DNA of 32,000 nt from Vibrio cholerae ATCC 14035 (GCF_000621645.1 NZ_JHXR01000017.1:1-32000); one strand, 5' to 3'. Positions 18,236-27,808 are shown, counted from the stretch's first letter. Made by a program: numbers and translations. The notes: generated from the letters alone by a model not told the origin.

Positions 18236-19675
18236 ATGAAGAAACCGAGTTGGATAGAGAAACTGATTGCCCCTAAGGTTGCCTCGCAACAGTTATATGT
18301 TGTGGTGCAGCCAGAGCACCTGCACTTCACATCCGATGATTTATCGCCTATTCCTCCCCAGCCGTTACAGCAACAAAGTTGGCAAGCGGTATTGGTGCAA
18401 ACGCTGCAAAAGCACGCTGTCCATGATGTACAAATCCACCTTGTACTGCATTCACAGCTTTATCAAACTTATCAGATTGAACAGCCGAGTATTCCGCGTG
18501 AAGAGTGGTCGGCAGCCTTGCCTTTCTTGCTCAAAGATATGTTGAGTGAGAAAGTGACGGATGTAGTGGCGGATGCTCACCCTCTTCCCGGCAGTGGTAA
18601 AGTACAAGCCTATGTGATCAGCAAGCGTACTATTCTTGAGTTGCAAAGCATGGCGGTGTCGGCGGGATTAACGCTAGGACGAGTGATCCCCGAGCAAGCG
18701 ATTTGGGGATTGGTGGGCGGAGAATTGAGCCACTTCCTGTTGCTGCATCGCAGCATGGGTGGCAGCTTTAAGCTGGATGCTTTCGTTGATCGTCAGTGCA
18801 GTTTTCAACGCACTTTACGTGGGATCACTGCGCCTGTGACTGATAACGCAGCCAGTGCCCTTCAGTTAGATAGCTTGGCGTTAGAGCTACAGCGCTCGAT
18901 TGATTACTTATCCGCCCAGTTAAAGGGCGGCTCTTTACAACAGCTAAAAGTGTGTTGTGATGGTGAAGATCAACAGGCTTTGATCACCGGACTCAATGAG
19001 CGCTTAAGTGTGCGAGCGTCAGGACTGGATGGTGAAGCGACCATCTGTGGTGAACAACTGGCACGTTATGCGCGCAATATCCCGCAAGAAACCATCAATT
19101 TCTATCAAGATCACCTCAAGCCGAAGCGTGAAAAGTTCACCTTAACCAATCTCTTGTTAGCGTGGTTGGCCTTGAGCGTTGTGTTATTGCTTGGGTACGC
19201 AGGGGTGGGTTATCAAAACTGGGTGATCCAACAGCAGTGGCAAGAGCAGCAACAACATAATCAATCGTTAACAGAACAAGCGGCTCACTTACGTCAGCAG
19301 GTGGCGGTTCATCTTCCTTCGCCCGCTAAACAGGCGGCGATAGGGCGCATAAAGCAAGAGATCTCTAGCAAACAGCAAGCATTAGACGCGATTGGGCAGT
19401 TTGATGTGGCTCAGCAAACGGGCTATTCCGGCGTATTGAACTCTTTGGCTCAATTGGCGCGTAGCGATATCTCTTTAAGCAGTATTACTTTGGATTCCTC
19501 GCAATTAAATGTGCAGGGACTCGCTCGTGATCCTGCCGCGATTCCAAACTGGATCAGTCAATTTAAACAAGAACTGCATCTGATGGGCAGAAGCTTTGAG
19601 CAACTGAAAATTGGCCGTAATGATCAAGACATGATCACCTTTGAACTCAACACTCAGCGAGGAGAACAAAGATGA
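18236..19675 (+). CDS. mshI: MSHA biogenesis protein MshI (PilM-like cytoplasmic domain, TM segment, PilN-like periplasmic domain)
   Basis: 479-aa ORF starting 12 nt after the csrD stop. It has a central TM segment (LLLAWLALSVVLLLGYAGVGY) followed by a Gln-rich coiled coil. Position and size match mshI. Confidence 0.85.
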   Translation: MKKPSWIEKLIAPKVASQQLYVVVQPEHLHFTSDDLSPIPPQPLQQQSWQAVLVQTLQKHAVHDVQIHLVLHSQLYQTYQIEQPSIPREEWSAALPFLLKDMLSEKVTDVVADAHPLPGSGKVQAYVISKRTILELQSMAVSAGLTLGRVIPEQAIWGLVGGELSHFLLLHRSMGGSFKLDAFVDRQCSFQRTLRGITAPVTDNAASALQLDSLALELQRSIDYLSAQLKGGSLQQLKVCCDGEDQQALITGLNERLSVRASGLDGEATICGEQLARYARNIPQETINFYQDHLKPKREKFTLTNLLLAWLALSVVLLLGYAGVGYQNWVIQQQWQEQQQHNQSLTEQAAHLRQQVAVHLPSPAKQAAIGRIKQEISSKQQALDAIGQFDVAQQTGYSGVLNSLAQLARSDISLSSITLDSSQLNVQGLARDPAAIPNWISQFKQELHLMGRSFEQLKIGRNDQDMITFELNTQRGEQR

Positions 19676-20322
19676 AATCGGGTTGGCAAAACTTTGAAAG
19701 TCGCTTCTCCGCACTGTCGCAACGAGAGAAGGTGTTAATTACGCTGTGCGGTAGCGTGCTTATTGTGATGATGCTATTGCTGGGATTGATTGAGCCCGCC
19801 TTAAAACAGGGCCAAGCACGTCAATTGCAAATGCAAACCCTGACGTCAAGCAACCTGCAACTTCAAGGCGAAATCATGGCGCTGCAAGCGCAGTTGGCGA
19901 AAAATCCAGACCAAGAGTTGGATGTGGAGCTGAGCCAACTGACGTTGCAAAGTCAGGAAATTTCCGAGCTGCTGGCGGCCAAAATGACCTCGATGGTTGC
20001 TCCATCAGAGATGCCTAATTTGCTCGAAAGCGTATTAAAACAAGGGCAACAGTTGAAGTTGGTCTCCTTGGAGTCCTTACCCGCAGAGCCGATTGTGCGC
20101 GCAACGGAATCGAGATCGGAGTCTGAATACTATATTCACCCTGTGCGTATGGAGTTAACTGGCTCCTATTTTGCTATCCGAGATTATCTGCAAGCCTTGG
20201 AAGCTTTGCCTGTGAAATATTATTGGCGTCACTTTCATTATCGAGTGGAAAGCTACCCACAGGCTCGGGTGATCCTAGAAGTCTATACTTTAGGCAGTCG
20301 AGAGGAGTTTATCGGTGGTTAG
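19672..20322 (+). CDS. mshJ: MSHA biogenesis protein MshJ (PilO-like)
   Basis: 216 aa. The ATGA overlap with the mshI stop suggests translational coupling. It has an N-terminal TM (VLITLCGSVLIVMMLLLGLI), then a coiled coil and a C-terminal PilO-like fold. Confidence 0.85.
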   Translation: MKSGWQNFESRFSALSQREKVLITLCGSVLIVMMLLLGLIEPALKQGQARQLQMQTLTSSNLQLQGEIMALQAQLAKNPDQELDVELSQLTLQSQEISELLAAKMTSMVAPSEMPNLLESVLKQGQQLKLVSLESLPAEPIVRATESRSESEYYIHPVRMELTGSYFAIRDYLQALEALPVKYYWRHFHYRVESYPQARVILEVYTLGSREEFIGG

Positions 20323-20632
20323 ATATGGTGTGCTCTTGGCGTTAATTGCCGTCACCTACAGTTATGCAGGTGAAGATCCGACAGCGCCTTTAGGTTGGGT
20401 AAGCCCCGCTAAACCCGAATTGCAAAAGCCGAGTTATCCGGTGCCGACTCTGCAAAGCATTGTTTGTGCAGAAGGACGAAGCTGCTATGCGATCATTGAA
20501 CAAAGAGTCGTAGCACAGGGGGATGTGGTGAATGGGTATCGTGTGGCAACGATCCATCCCGATCAGGTGAAACTCACCCGGGCAGGTAAAGAGTGGCGAT
20601 TAGCCCTGTTTACGCTCGATATAAAACAATAA
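20315..20632 (+). CDS. mshK: MSHA biogenesis protein MshK (small exported protein, PilP-like C-terminus)
   Basis: 105 aa with a GTG start, AGAGGAG 7 nt upstream and an 8-nt overlap with mshJ. It has an N-terminal signal-like segment (VLLALIAVTYSYAG). The C-terminal GDVVNGYRVATIHPDQVKLTRAGKEWRL resembles PilP/GspC HR-type beta domains. Confidence 0.75.
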   Translation: MVRYGVLLALIAVTYSYAGEDPTAPLGWVSPAKPELQKPSYPVPTLQSIVCAEGRSCYAIIEQRVVAQGDVVNGYRVATIHPDQVKLTRAGKEWRLALFTLDIKQ

Positions 20633-20646
20633 GGTAACAGAGTCTT

Positions 20647-22326
20647 ATGCGTAAAATCGTACTCGCTTCAGTGGTGACTTCTTTGGTGGGATGCTCAATG
20701 GGACATCGTGATCCTGTTGAAGCTAAACAAGCCCTGAACCAAGCTATTAACGAGACGAACAGTCGTCAAATTGACCAATTACCGCCTTCGGTAGAGGCTG
20801 ATTTGATGCCTGATATGGATACTCTTACTGCCAGTGAGCCGAAAACTTTGCAGCGTTTTCGAATCCAAGCTGAGGATGTCGAAGCCAAGGCCTTTTTTGC
20901 CAGTTTAGTGCAGGGAACCGAGTACAGTGCGGCAATCCACCCTGCGGTGACTGGGCGAATTACTCTCAACTTGACCGACGTTACCCTAGATGAAGCCTTA
21001 GGTGTCGTGCGTGATTTGTACGGTTTTGAGGTGGTAAAAGAGGGTAAAGTGATCCAAGTCTATCCGGCTGGATTGCGTACGGTCACGATTCCGGTTGATT
21101 ATCTGCAATTTAAACGCACAGGGCGTTCGTTAACGTCGATTACGACGGGCACCATCACCAATACGGACACCAATAACTCAAATTCAAGTAGTAGCTCCTC
21201 GTCCAGCATCAGTAGTAATAGCTCTTCGGATGGTTCTTCGAGCAATTCTAATTCCAACAGAAGCGATGCTCGTGGCGGAACGGAAATTGAAACCACGAAC
21301 GAGAGTGATTTCTGGCCTTTGTTAGAAAAGGCGGTGGCTCAGTTGCTTGGCGGTAGCGGTGGCCAAACGGTCATTGTCAATCCACAGGCGGGAGTATTAA
21401 CCCTGCGCGCTTATCCCGATGAAATTCGTCAAGTAAACGAGTTTCTGGGGATCTCGCAACAGCGAATGCATCGACAAGTGATCCTCGAAGCTAAGATTCT
21501 TGAAGTGACCCTCAGTGATGGTTACCAGCAGGGGATTAATTGGAGTAAAGCCTTCTCCTCCAATGGTGCCAATTACAAGATAGGTTCCGGATCCATTACT
21601 CAAGACAGTAATGGCAATCCTATCACTTCTGTATTACCTGGCTTAGATGCGATAGGTAATTTGTTAGGTGGTCAATCCAATGTGGTGATCTCCAGTGGCA
21701 GCTTTGATGCCGTGATCAGTTTTATGGCGACGCAAGGTGATTTAAATGTTCTGTCTAGCCCGCGAGTAACTGCGTCCAACAACCAGAAAGCGGTGATCAA
21801 AGTCGGGACGGATGAATACTATGTGACCGACTTATCCAGTGTGGTTGGAACTGGGGATAACGCGCAAGCGTCGCCAGATATTACGCTTACGCCTTTCTTC
21901 TCTGGGATTTCATTGGATGTCACGCCGCAAATTGACGATCAAGGCAACGTATTACTGCATGTGCATCCTGCGGTGATTGAAGTCGAGCAGCAAACCAAGA
22001 AAATTTTATACCGAAGTGAAGAGATTGAGCTGCCATTGGCGAGAAGTTCAATTAGAGAGTCGGATTCGGTTATTCGGGCGAAAGACGGCGATGTAGTGGT
22101 GATCGGTGGTTTGATGAAGTCAAATACCGTTGACCAAGTGTCAAAAGTGCCATTTTTAGGCGATGTTCCCGCGTTAGGGCATCTGTTCCGTAACACCACA
22201 AAACTGACACAGAAAACAGAACTGGTTATTTTGCTCAAGCCGACGGTCGTTGGGGTAAATACTTGGCAAAAAGAGCTGGAGCGCTCGCGCAGTTTGCTAC
22301 AGGAATGGTTCCCGGATAGTCAATAA
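20647..22326 (+). CDS. mshL: MSHA secretin MshL (lipoprotein-type signal)
   Basis: 559 aa. Lipobox LVGC, with the Cys codon at 20692-20694. The secretin C-domain includes VPFLGDVPALGHLFRN. A Ser/Asn-rich linker spans 21157-21263. Confidence 0.93.
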   Translation: MRKIVLASVVTSLVGCSMGHRDPVEAKQALNQAINETNSRQIDQLPPSVEADLMPDMDTLTASEPKTLQRFRIQAEDVEAKAFFASLVQGTEYSAAIHPAVTGRITLNLTDVTLDEALGVVRDLYGFEVVKEGKVIQVYPAGLRTVTIPVDYLQFKRTGRSLTSITTGTITNTDTNNSNSSSSSSSSISSNSSSDGSSSNSNSNRSDARGGTEIETTNESDFWPLLEKAVAQLLGGSGGQTVIVNPQAGVLTLRAYPDEIRQVNEFLGISQQRMHRQVILEAKILEVTLSDGYQQGINWSKAFSSNGANYKIGSGSITQDSNGNPITSVLPGLDAIGNLLGGQSNVVISSGSFDAVISFMATQGDLNVLSSPRVTASNNQKAVIKVGTDEYYVTDLSSVVGTGDNAQASPDITLTPFFSGISLDVTPQIDDQGNVLLHVHPAVIEVEQQTKKILYRSEEIELPLARSSIRESDSVIRAKDGDVVVIGGLMKSNTVDQVSKVPFLGDVPALGHLFRNTTKLTQKTELVILLKPTVVGVNTWQKELERSRSLLQEWFPDSQ

Positions 22327-22330
22327 GCGT

Positions 22331-23176
22331 ATGTATTTATCGCACTTTGGCCTTGAACAGTTACCTTTTCATCTGACTCCGGATACCGAATTGTTTCTGG
22401 GGCTCGCACCGCACTTTGAGGCGATTCAAACCTTAAGTGCGGCGATTGAGATGGGGGAAGGTGTCAGCAAGCTCACTGGAGAAGTCGGTACTGGAAAAAC
22501 CATGGTCTGCCGCATGCTGTTGACGCACTTAGGCGATGAGGTGGCGCTGATTTATCTGCCGAATCCTATGCTGAGCGGCGAAGAATTAAGGCAGGCGGTC
22601 GCCGCGGAATTACAGTTGGATGTAGCATCGCCCGTGCGAGTGGTCGAGCAGATCCAAACACGACTGATTGAGCTTCACCAACAAGGTAAACGTGTGGTTG
22701 CTTTGGTCGATGAAGCGCAGGCGTTGTCTGATGAGGCGCTAGAAACTTTGCGCTTATTTGGCAACTTAGAAACGGAACAAACTAAGCTGCTGCAGATTGT
22801 CTTAATTGGGCAACCTGAACTCGATGTTCGACTCGCGCAGCATCACTTGCGTCAGTTTCGGCAGCGGATCACTTTTAACGCCAATTTGCGCCCGTTAACT
22901 CAAGCTGAAACCGAGGTGTACATTGAGAGCCGTTTACAGAAAGCCCAAGCGCCGTATCCGCTGTTCAATGCGACCCTGAAAAAAGCCGTCTGGCGTGCAT
23001 CACAAGGGATCCCGCGTTTGATCAATCAAATTTGTCATAAGGCGCTGTTACTCGCTTGGCATGAGCAGAGCCCGTTGGTCAATCAACATCATCTTTTTGC
23101 AGCGATTCATGACACCTATGACAGCTGCAAACCAAGATTTAAAACCCCAATTTTGTGGGGATGGAGCAAACCATGA
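22331..23176 (+). CDS. mshM: MSHA biogenesis protein MshM, ExeA/GspA-like AAA+ ATPase
   Basis: 281 aa with Walker A GEVGTGKT and Walker B ALVDEAQ. The N-terminus YLSHFGLEQLPF is typical of ExeA-like proteins. Confidence 0.88.
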   Translation: MYLSHFGLEQLPFHLTPDTELFLGLAPHFEAIQTLSAAIEMGEGVSKLTGEVGTGKTMVCRMLLTHLGDEVALIYLPNPMLSGEELRQAVAAELQLDVASPVRVVEQIQTRLIELHQQGKRVVALVDEAQALSDEALETLRLFGNLETEQTKLLQIVLIGQPELDVRLAQHHLRQFRQRITFNANLRPLTQAETEVYIESRLQKAQAPYPLFNATLKKAVWRASQGIPRLINQICHKALLLAWHEQSPLVNQHHLFAAIHDTYDSCKPRFKTPILWGWSKP

Positions 23177-24324
23177 GTGTGGTGAATGAAGCATTAGCAA
23201 AGAGTGCGCAGCGAAGTCACTCACGCCTTTCGAATATTGAGCGGATTGATGTTGCAAAGCCGAAAGCTCGTCCAGCGTGGTTATGGGTGATGCTAGGTTT
23301 TGGCGTGAGTCTTGCCGTTGGTGGTTGGTCTATCTCATTGCAATCGGTGGATACTATTCCGTCGTCAGCGGAGGTTGTGCGGCCAGAAGTGCCGTCACCG
23401 ACCCAAAAGACCACACAGCAAAGTATCGCCTTATATCAAGCACCGGTTAACAGCGAAGCTTTGGTTAAGAATGAAACTTTGGTCCAAAAAGAAACGTTGC
23501 CCAAGAACGAAACTAGTGTCAAAAACGCAGTACTTGCTAAGGTAGAAGGCTCACCCACCTCACTCAAGCAGACTGCGAATCGTCAGCGAGAGCAAACCGC
23601 GCTAGGGTCTGAGCTAAACGCAGAACCAGTTCTGAATCTTGTCGATAATTCAGAGCCGAGCTTTTTCGAAGAAGAGGTCTCAAGCTTACCGAGCTCATCG
23701 CCGGTGATGATCGTAGAGCAAGTCTCATTAACGCCGGAACAGTTAGCGCAAAAAGCCCTGCAACGCGCGCAAAAAGCGATGGAAAGTAATGAGTTACAGA
23801 CGGCGGTCTCCGCCTACACGGAAGCGCTGCGTTATACCCCGCATGATGAAATGGCCAGGCAAAAACTGGCGGCACTCTATTATGGCAAAGGCGATGGGCG
23901 CAAAGCGTTTGATCTGATGCAAGCCGGGATTGAACGTAATCCTGACGGTGAAGTGCTGCGTTTGGCGCTCGCTAAGTTACTGGTCAAAGAAAAGCAAGAG
24001 GCCTCGGCTTTGGTACCTTTGGCTTATCTTCCTTCGCAGCCCTCGATTGAGTATCTGTCACTGCGTGCTGCTCTCGCGCAGAAAACCAAACAAGATGAGA
24101 TCGCGCGAGAAAGCTATCAGCAACTGACGGAAAAAGATCCCAATAATGGCCGTTGGTGGCTGGGGTTGGCGATTCAACAAGAGCGCGCTCTGCAATGGCC
24201 GGCGGCGCAGCACGCCTATCAACAGGCTCTCAATAAAGTCGGATTATCCAGTCAATCACAAGCTTTTATTCATCAACGCTTGCAATTACTGGCCAGTTTA
24301 GAGGAGACACAAAGTGCCAATTAA
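23173..24324 (+). CDS. mshN: MSHA biogenesis protein MshN (membrane-anchored TPR protein)
   Basis: The track ORF starts at the GTG at 23155. The ATG at 23173 has GGAG 6 nt upstream and makes an ATGA overlap with the mshM stop. It has a TM segment (WLWVMLGFGVSLAVGGWSI), a repeat-containing linker and C-terminal TPR-like repeats. Confidence 0.82.
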   Translation: MSVVNEALAKSAQRSHSRLSNIERIDVAKPKARPAWLWVMLGFGVSLAVGGWSISLQSVDTIPSSAEVVRPEVPSPTQKTTQQSIALYQAPVNSEALVKNETLVQKETLPKNETSVKNAVLAKVEGSPTSLKQTANRQREQTALGSELNAEPVLNLVDNSEPSFFEEEVSSLPSSSPVMIVEQVSLTPEQLAQKALQRAQKAMESNELQTAVSAYTEALRYTPHDEMARQKLAALYYGKGDGRKAFDLMQAGIERNPDGEVLRLALAKLLVKEKQEASALVPLAYLPSQPSIEYLSLRAALAQKTKQDEIARESYQQLTEKDPNNGRWWLGLAIQQERALQWPAAQHAYQQALNKVGLSSQSQAFIHQRLQLLASLEETQSAN

Positions 24325-26041
24325 TAAACTGCGTAAACGGCTTGGTGACTTGCTGGTTGAAGAGGGGATTGTGAGCGAAGCGCAGCTTGAACAAGCGCTC
24401 AATGCCCAGAAAAATACCGGACGCCGCTTAGGGGATACCTTAATTTCGCTTGGCTTTTTAAGCGAAACCCAGTTGCTGAACTTTTTGGCGCAGCAATTGA
24501 GTTTGCCAGTGATCGATCTGAGCCGTGCCCATGTCGATATTGATGCTGTTCCTTTACTGCCTGAAGTTCATGCCCGCCGTTTGCGTGCGCTGGTGATAGG
24601 CCGCAGTGGTGATACGCTGCGCATAGCCATGAGTGATCCTGCGGATTTGTTTGCTCAAGAAGCCTTGCTCAACCAGTTGCCTGATTATGGTTTTGAGTTT
24701 GTCATCGCCCCTGAGAAGCAGTTGGTCGATGGCTTTGATCGTTACTATCGCCGCACCAAAGAAATTGTCTCGTTTGCCGAGCAATTGCATGCCGAACACA
24801 AAACCAATGATAGTTTTGATTTTGAGATCACCGATTCAGATAGCGATGAAGTGACGGTTGTTAAACTGATCAACTCGCTGTTTGAAGATGCGATTCAAGT
24901 GGGAGCCTCGGATATACATATTGAGCCGGATGCCAACGTACTGCGTTTGCGCCAACGGATCGATGGGGTATTGCATGAAACCTTGCTCCATGAAGTGAAT
25001 ATCGCCTCAGCCTTAGTGCTGCGCTTAAAATTAATGGCGAATCTGGATATTTCAGAAAAACGCCTTCCGCAAGATGGCCGCTTTAACATCCGTGTAAAAG
25101 GACAATCCGTCGATATCCGGATGTCAACCATGCCTATCCAGCACGGTGAATCGGTGGTGATGCGTTTGCTCAACCAATCTGCAGGGGTTAGAAAGCTCGA
25201 AGAGTCAGGTATTCCGCCTCATTTATTGCTGCGTTTGCGCCATCAGTTGAAACGCCCTCATGGCATGATTCTGGTGACTGGGCCTACCGGCTCGGGGAAA
25301 ACCACCACCTTGTATGGCGCACTCAACGAGCTCAATACGTCCGGCAAAAAAATCATTACTGCGGAAGATCCGGTGGAATACCGGATTTCACGGATCAATC
25401 AGGTGCAAGTGAACCCGAAAATCAATCTCGATTTCTCGACGTTACTGCGCACTTTCTTGCGCCAAGACCCAGATATTATTTTGGTCGGTGAGATGCGTGA
25501 CCAAGAGACGGTCGAAATTGGCCTGCGCGCTGCATTAACCGGTCACTTAGTCTTAAGTACTCTGCACACCAATGATGCCGTCGATAGCGCGCTGCGTTTG
25601 ATTGATATGGGGGCGCCCGGTTATCTGGTTGCCAGTGCGGTACGTGCCGTGGTTGCGCAGCGTTTAGTGCGAAAAGTCTGTCCAGATTGTAGTGGACATG
25701 ATGAGGTGGATGAAGCGCGTCGCCAATGGCTTGTGACGCGTTTCCCTAATCAAGCTGCCGCCAAATTCACTCGTGGACGCGGCTGCCAGAACTGTAACTT
25801 AACCGGTTATCGCGGCCGGATCGGTGTATTTGAAATGCTTGAGCTGGATCAGCCGATGATGGATTGCTTGCGGGCAAATGATGCTGTGGCCTTCTCTAAA
25901 GCCGCACGCAGTAACACAGATTATAAACCGCTACTGGCTTCGGCGATGGAGTTAGCGCTACAAGGCATCGTCAGTCTTGATGAAGTGATGTCGCTGGGTG
26001 AAGGTGATTCCTCTGGTTTGGTTGAACCGATTTATCTGTAG
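24314..26041 (+). CDS. mshE: MSHA pilus extension ATPase MshE (GspE/PilB family) with an N-terminal MshEN c-di-GMP-binding domain
   Basis: 575 aa with a GTG start, GAGGAG 7 nt upstream and an 11-nt overlap with mshN. It has Walker A GPTGSGKTTT, Walker B ILVGEMRD and tetracysteine CPDC...CQNC. Two N-terminal RLGxx[LVI][LVI]xxG[LVI][LVI]xxxxLxxxLxxQ motifs are present. Confidence 0.95.
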   Translation: MPINKLRKRLGDLLVEEGIVSEAQLEQALNAQKNTGRRLGDTLISLGFLSETQLLNFLAQQLSLPVIDLSRAHVDIDAVPLLPEVHARRLRALVIGRSGDTLRIAMSDPADLFAQEALLNQLPDYGFEFVIAPEKQLVDGFDRYYRRTKEIVSFAEQLHAEHKTNDSFDFEITDSDSDEVTVVKLINSLFEDAIQVGASDIHIEPDANVLRLRQRIDGVLHETLLHEVNIASALVLRLKLMANLDISEKRLPQDGRFNIRVKGQSVDIRMSTMPIQHGESVVMRLLNQSAGVRKLEESGIPPHLLLRLRHQLKRPHGMILVTGPTGSGKTTTLYGALNELNTSGKKIITAEDPVEYRISRINQVQVNPKINLDFSTLLRTFLRQDPDIILVGEMRDQETVEIGLRAALTGHLVLSTLHTNDAVDSALRLIDMGAPGYLVASAVRAVVAQRLVRKVCPDCSGHDEVDEARRQWLVTRFPNQAAAKFTRGRGCQNCNLTGYRGRIGVFEMLELDQPMMDCLRANDAVAFSKAARSNTDYKPLLASAMELALQGIVSLDEVMSLGEGDSSGLVEPIYL

Positions 26042-26049
26042 GAGTAGGC

Positions 26050-27273
26050 ATGGCGACGTTTTATTATCAGGGGCGTAATGCCGATGGCAGCAAAGCCTCT
26101 GGGTTAGTCGAGGCTGCCACTGAGGAATTAGCCGCAGAAATGCTGCTCAACAAAGGTATTGTGCCCACTTCGATTGCGCAGGGGGCGGCGGAAAAAAGTG
26201 CCTTCGATTTTAACTGGAAAGCGCTACTGACTCCCTCCGTGCCGCTGGAAGTGTTGGTGATTTTTTGCCGACAAATGTTCAGCTTAACCAAAGCAGGGGT
26301 GCCTTTACTGCGCTCTATGCGCGGCTTAGCCCAGAACTGCCACAATAAGCAGCTCAAAGCAGCGCTTGATTCAGTCTGTAATGAGCTGACCAATGGCCGC
26401 AACTTGTCGGCTTCCATGCAGTTGCATCCCGCGATTTTTAGTCCTTTGTTTGTTTCCATGATTCAAGTGGGAGAAAACACAGGGCGATTAGATCAGGCTT
26501 TGTTGCAATTGGCTGGCTATTACGAACAAGAAGTGGAAACGCGCAAAAGAATCAAAACGGCGATGCGCTACCCGACCTTCGTGATTACGTTTGTGTTGTT
26601 GGCGATGTTTATTTTGAACGTCAAAGTGATCCCACAATTTACCAGCATGTTTAGCCGCTTTGGGGTCGACTTACCCTTACCAACGCGCATTTTGATTACC
26701 ACGTCCGATTTCTTTGTGAACTACTGGGGCTTACTGCTTGGCATCATAGTCGGTTTATTGTTTGCGTTTCGGGCTTGGGTTAATACCACGAATGGCCGCA
26801 TTCGGTGGGATCATTTGCGTCTGCGTATGCCGATTGTGGGAGACATAGTGAATCGTGCGCAGCTCTCACGTTTTGCGCGTACTTTTTCCTTGATGCTTTC
26901 GGCCGGCGTGCCGCTCAACCAATCGCTAGCGCTGTCGGCAGAAGCGATAGACAACAAGTTTCTAGAGCAGCGTATTTTAGAGATGAAAAGCCAGATTGAA
27001 TCTGGGGTGGCGGTTTCTGCTACGGCGATCAATGCCAACATTTTTACCCCTCTAGTGATTCAGATGATGTCGGTAGGTGAAGAAACCGGGCGTATCGATG
27101 AACTTCTGTTGGAAGTGTCCGATTTTTATGATCGTGAAGTCGACTATGATTTAAAAACACTCACGGCACGTATTGAACCTATTTTATTGGTGTTTGTCGC
27201 GGCCATGGTACTGGTATTGGCGCTGGGCATCTTCCTTCCTATGTGGGGCATGATGGATGCACTCAAGGGCTGA
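26050..27273 (+). CDS. mshG: MSHA platform protein MshG (GspF/PilC family)
   Basis: 407 aa with duplicated GspF-type cytoplasmic domains separated by TM segments. A GGAG SD sequence is present upstream. The C-terminal LGIFLPMWGMMDALKG is typical of the family. Confidence 0.93.
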   Translation: MATFYYQGRNADGSKASGLVEAATEELAAEMLLNKGIVPTSIAQGAAEKSAFDFNWKALLTPSVPLEVLVIFCRQMFSLTKAGVPLLRSMRGLAQNCHNKQLKAALDSVCNELTNGRNLSASMQLHPAIFSPLFVSMIQVGENTGRLDQALLQLAGYYEQEVETRKRIKTAMRYPTFVITFVLLAMFILNVKVIPQFTSMFSRFGVDLPLPTRILITTSDFFVNYWGLLLGIIVGLLFAFRAWVNTTNGRIRWDHLRLRMPIVGDIVNRAQLSRFARTFSLMLSAGVPLNQSLALSAEAIDNKFLEQRILEMKSQIESGVAVSATAINANIFTPLVIQMMSVGEETGRIDELLLEVSDFYDREVDYDLKTLTARIEPILLVFVAAMVLVLALGIFLPMWGMMDALKG

Positions 27274-27275
27274 TA

Positions 27276-27728
27276 ATGAAAATAGGATTTGAGCGCGTCC
27301 GATTTGTTCTCTGGTTTGTCTTGGTGGTGGTTTTATTGACGGCGATGTTTTCGGTATGGCGGTCGATGTTCAGTGATATGCTACACACCGCCTTAGAGAT
27401 GACAAGGTTGCAACTGATTGATCGGGCAAACACTTATAAGCAAGAGTGGGTATTGCAAGGGCGTCCTGCACTCTTACAGATAGAACAAGCCGAGATTCCA
27501 ATGCAACATGGGTGGGTTTTTCCCAAGCTCGATCAAGGAGTTGATTGTGAAAAAGTGCTATTTTTGCTCTATCCTGATCGTAAGGTGCTGGATTGGTTAC
27601 CAAGAGTGACTGCCCTCCAGCGCGCGAATGGCTACCAGTGCCGTTATCAATACGGTGATAGGGTGCAACTCGACGTGGAATTGAAGGATCGCTACTTTGC
27701 GATAAATGCCAGTTTTTTGATGCGCTGA
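27276..27728 (+). CDS. mshF: MSHA biogenesis protein MshF (small membrane-anchored protein of unknown function)
   Basis: The ATG at 27276 lies 2 nt after the mshG stop, with AAGGG upstream; the track ORF starts at 27243 inside mshG. It has an N-terminal TM (FVLWFVLVVVLLTAMFSVW). I recognise no motif; the assignment rests on position. Confidence 0.7.
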   Translation: MKIGFERVRFVLWFVLVVVLLTAMFSVWRSMFSDMLHTALEMTRLQLIDRANTYKQEWVLQGRPALLQIEQAEIPMQHGWVFPKLDQGVDCEKVLFLLYPDRKVLDWLPRVTALQRANGYQCRYQYGDRVQLDVELKDRYFAINASFLMR

Positions 27729-27732
27729 ATTT

Positions 27733-27774
27733 TTGACACTTTAACCACATCAAAGCTAAAAATAGGCGTATAAT
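27733..27774 (+). promoter_or_regulatory. Candidate promoter(s) of the pilin (mshB-Q) operon
   Basis: The 80-nt mshF-mshB gap contains a perfect -35 TTGACA (27733-27738) with A/T-rich -10-like hexamers 18-19 nt downstream. It also contains a perfect TATAAT (27769-27774). I cannot tell from sequence which element is used. Confidence 0.35.
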
Positions 27775-27808
27775 GCACGCCGTACGTTACGTAAGTGAGT
27801 TGAAAAAT

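Noticed and set aside
21157-21263. The poly-serine tract in mshL as a slipped-strand phase-variation repeat
   Set aside because: The DNA is not a simple tandem repeat. Serine codons alternate among AGT/AGC/TCN, so slippage-based switching is unlikely.
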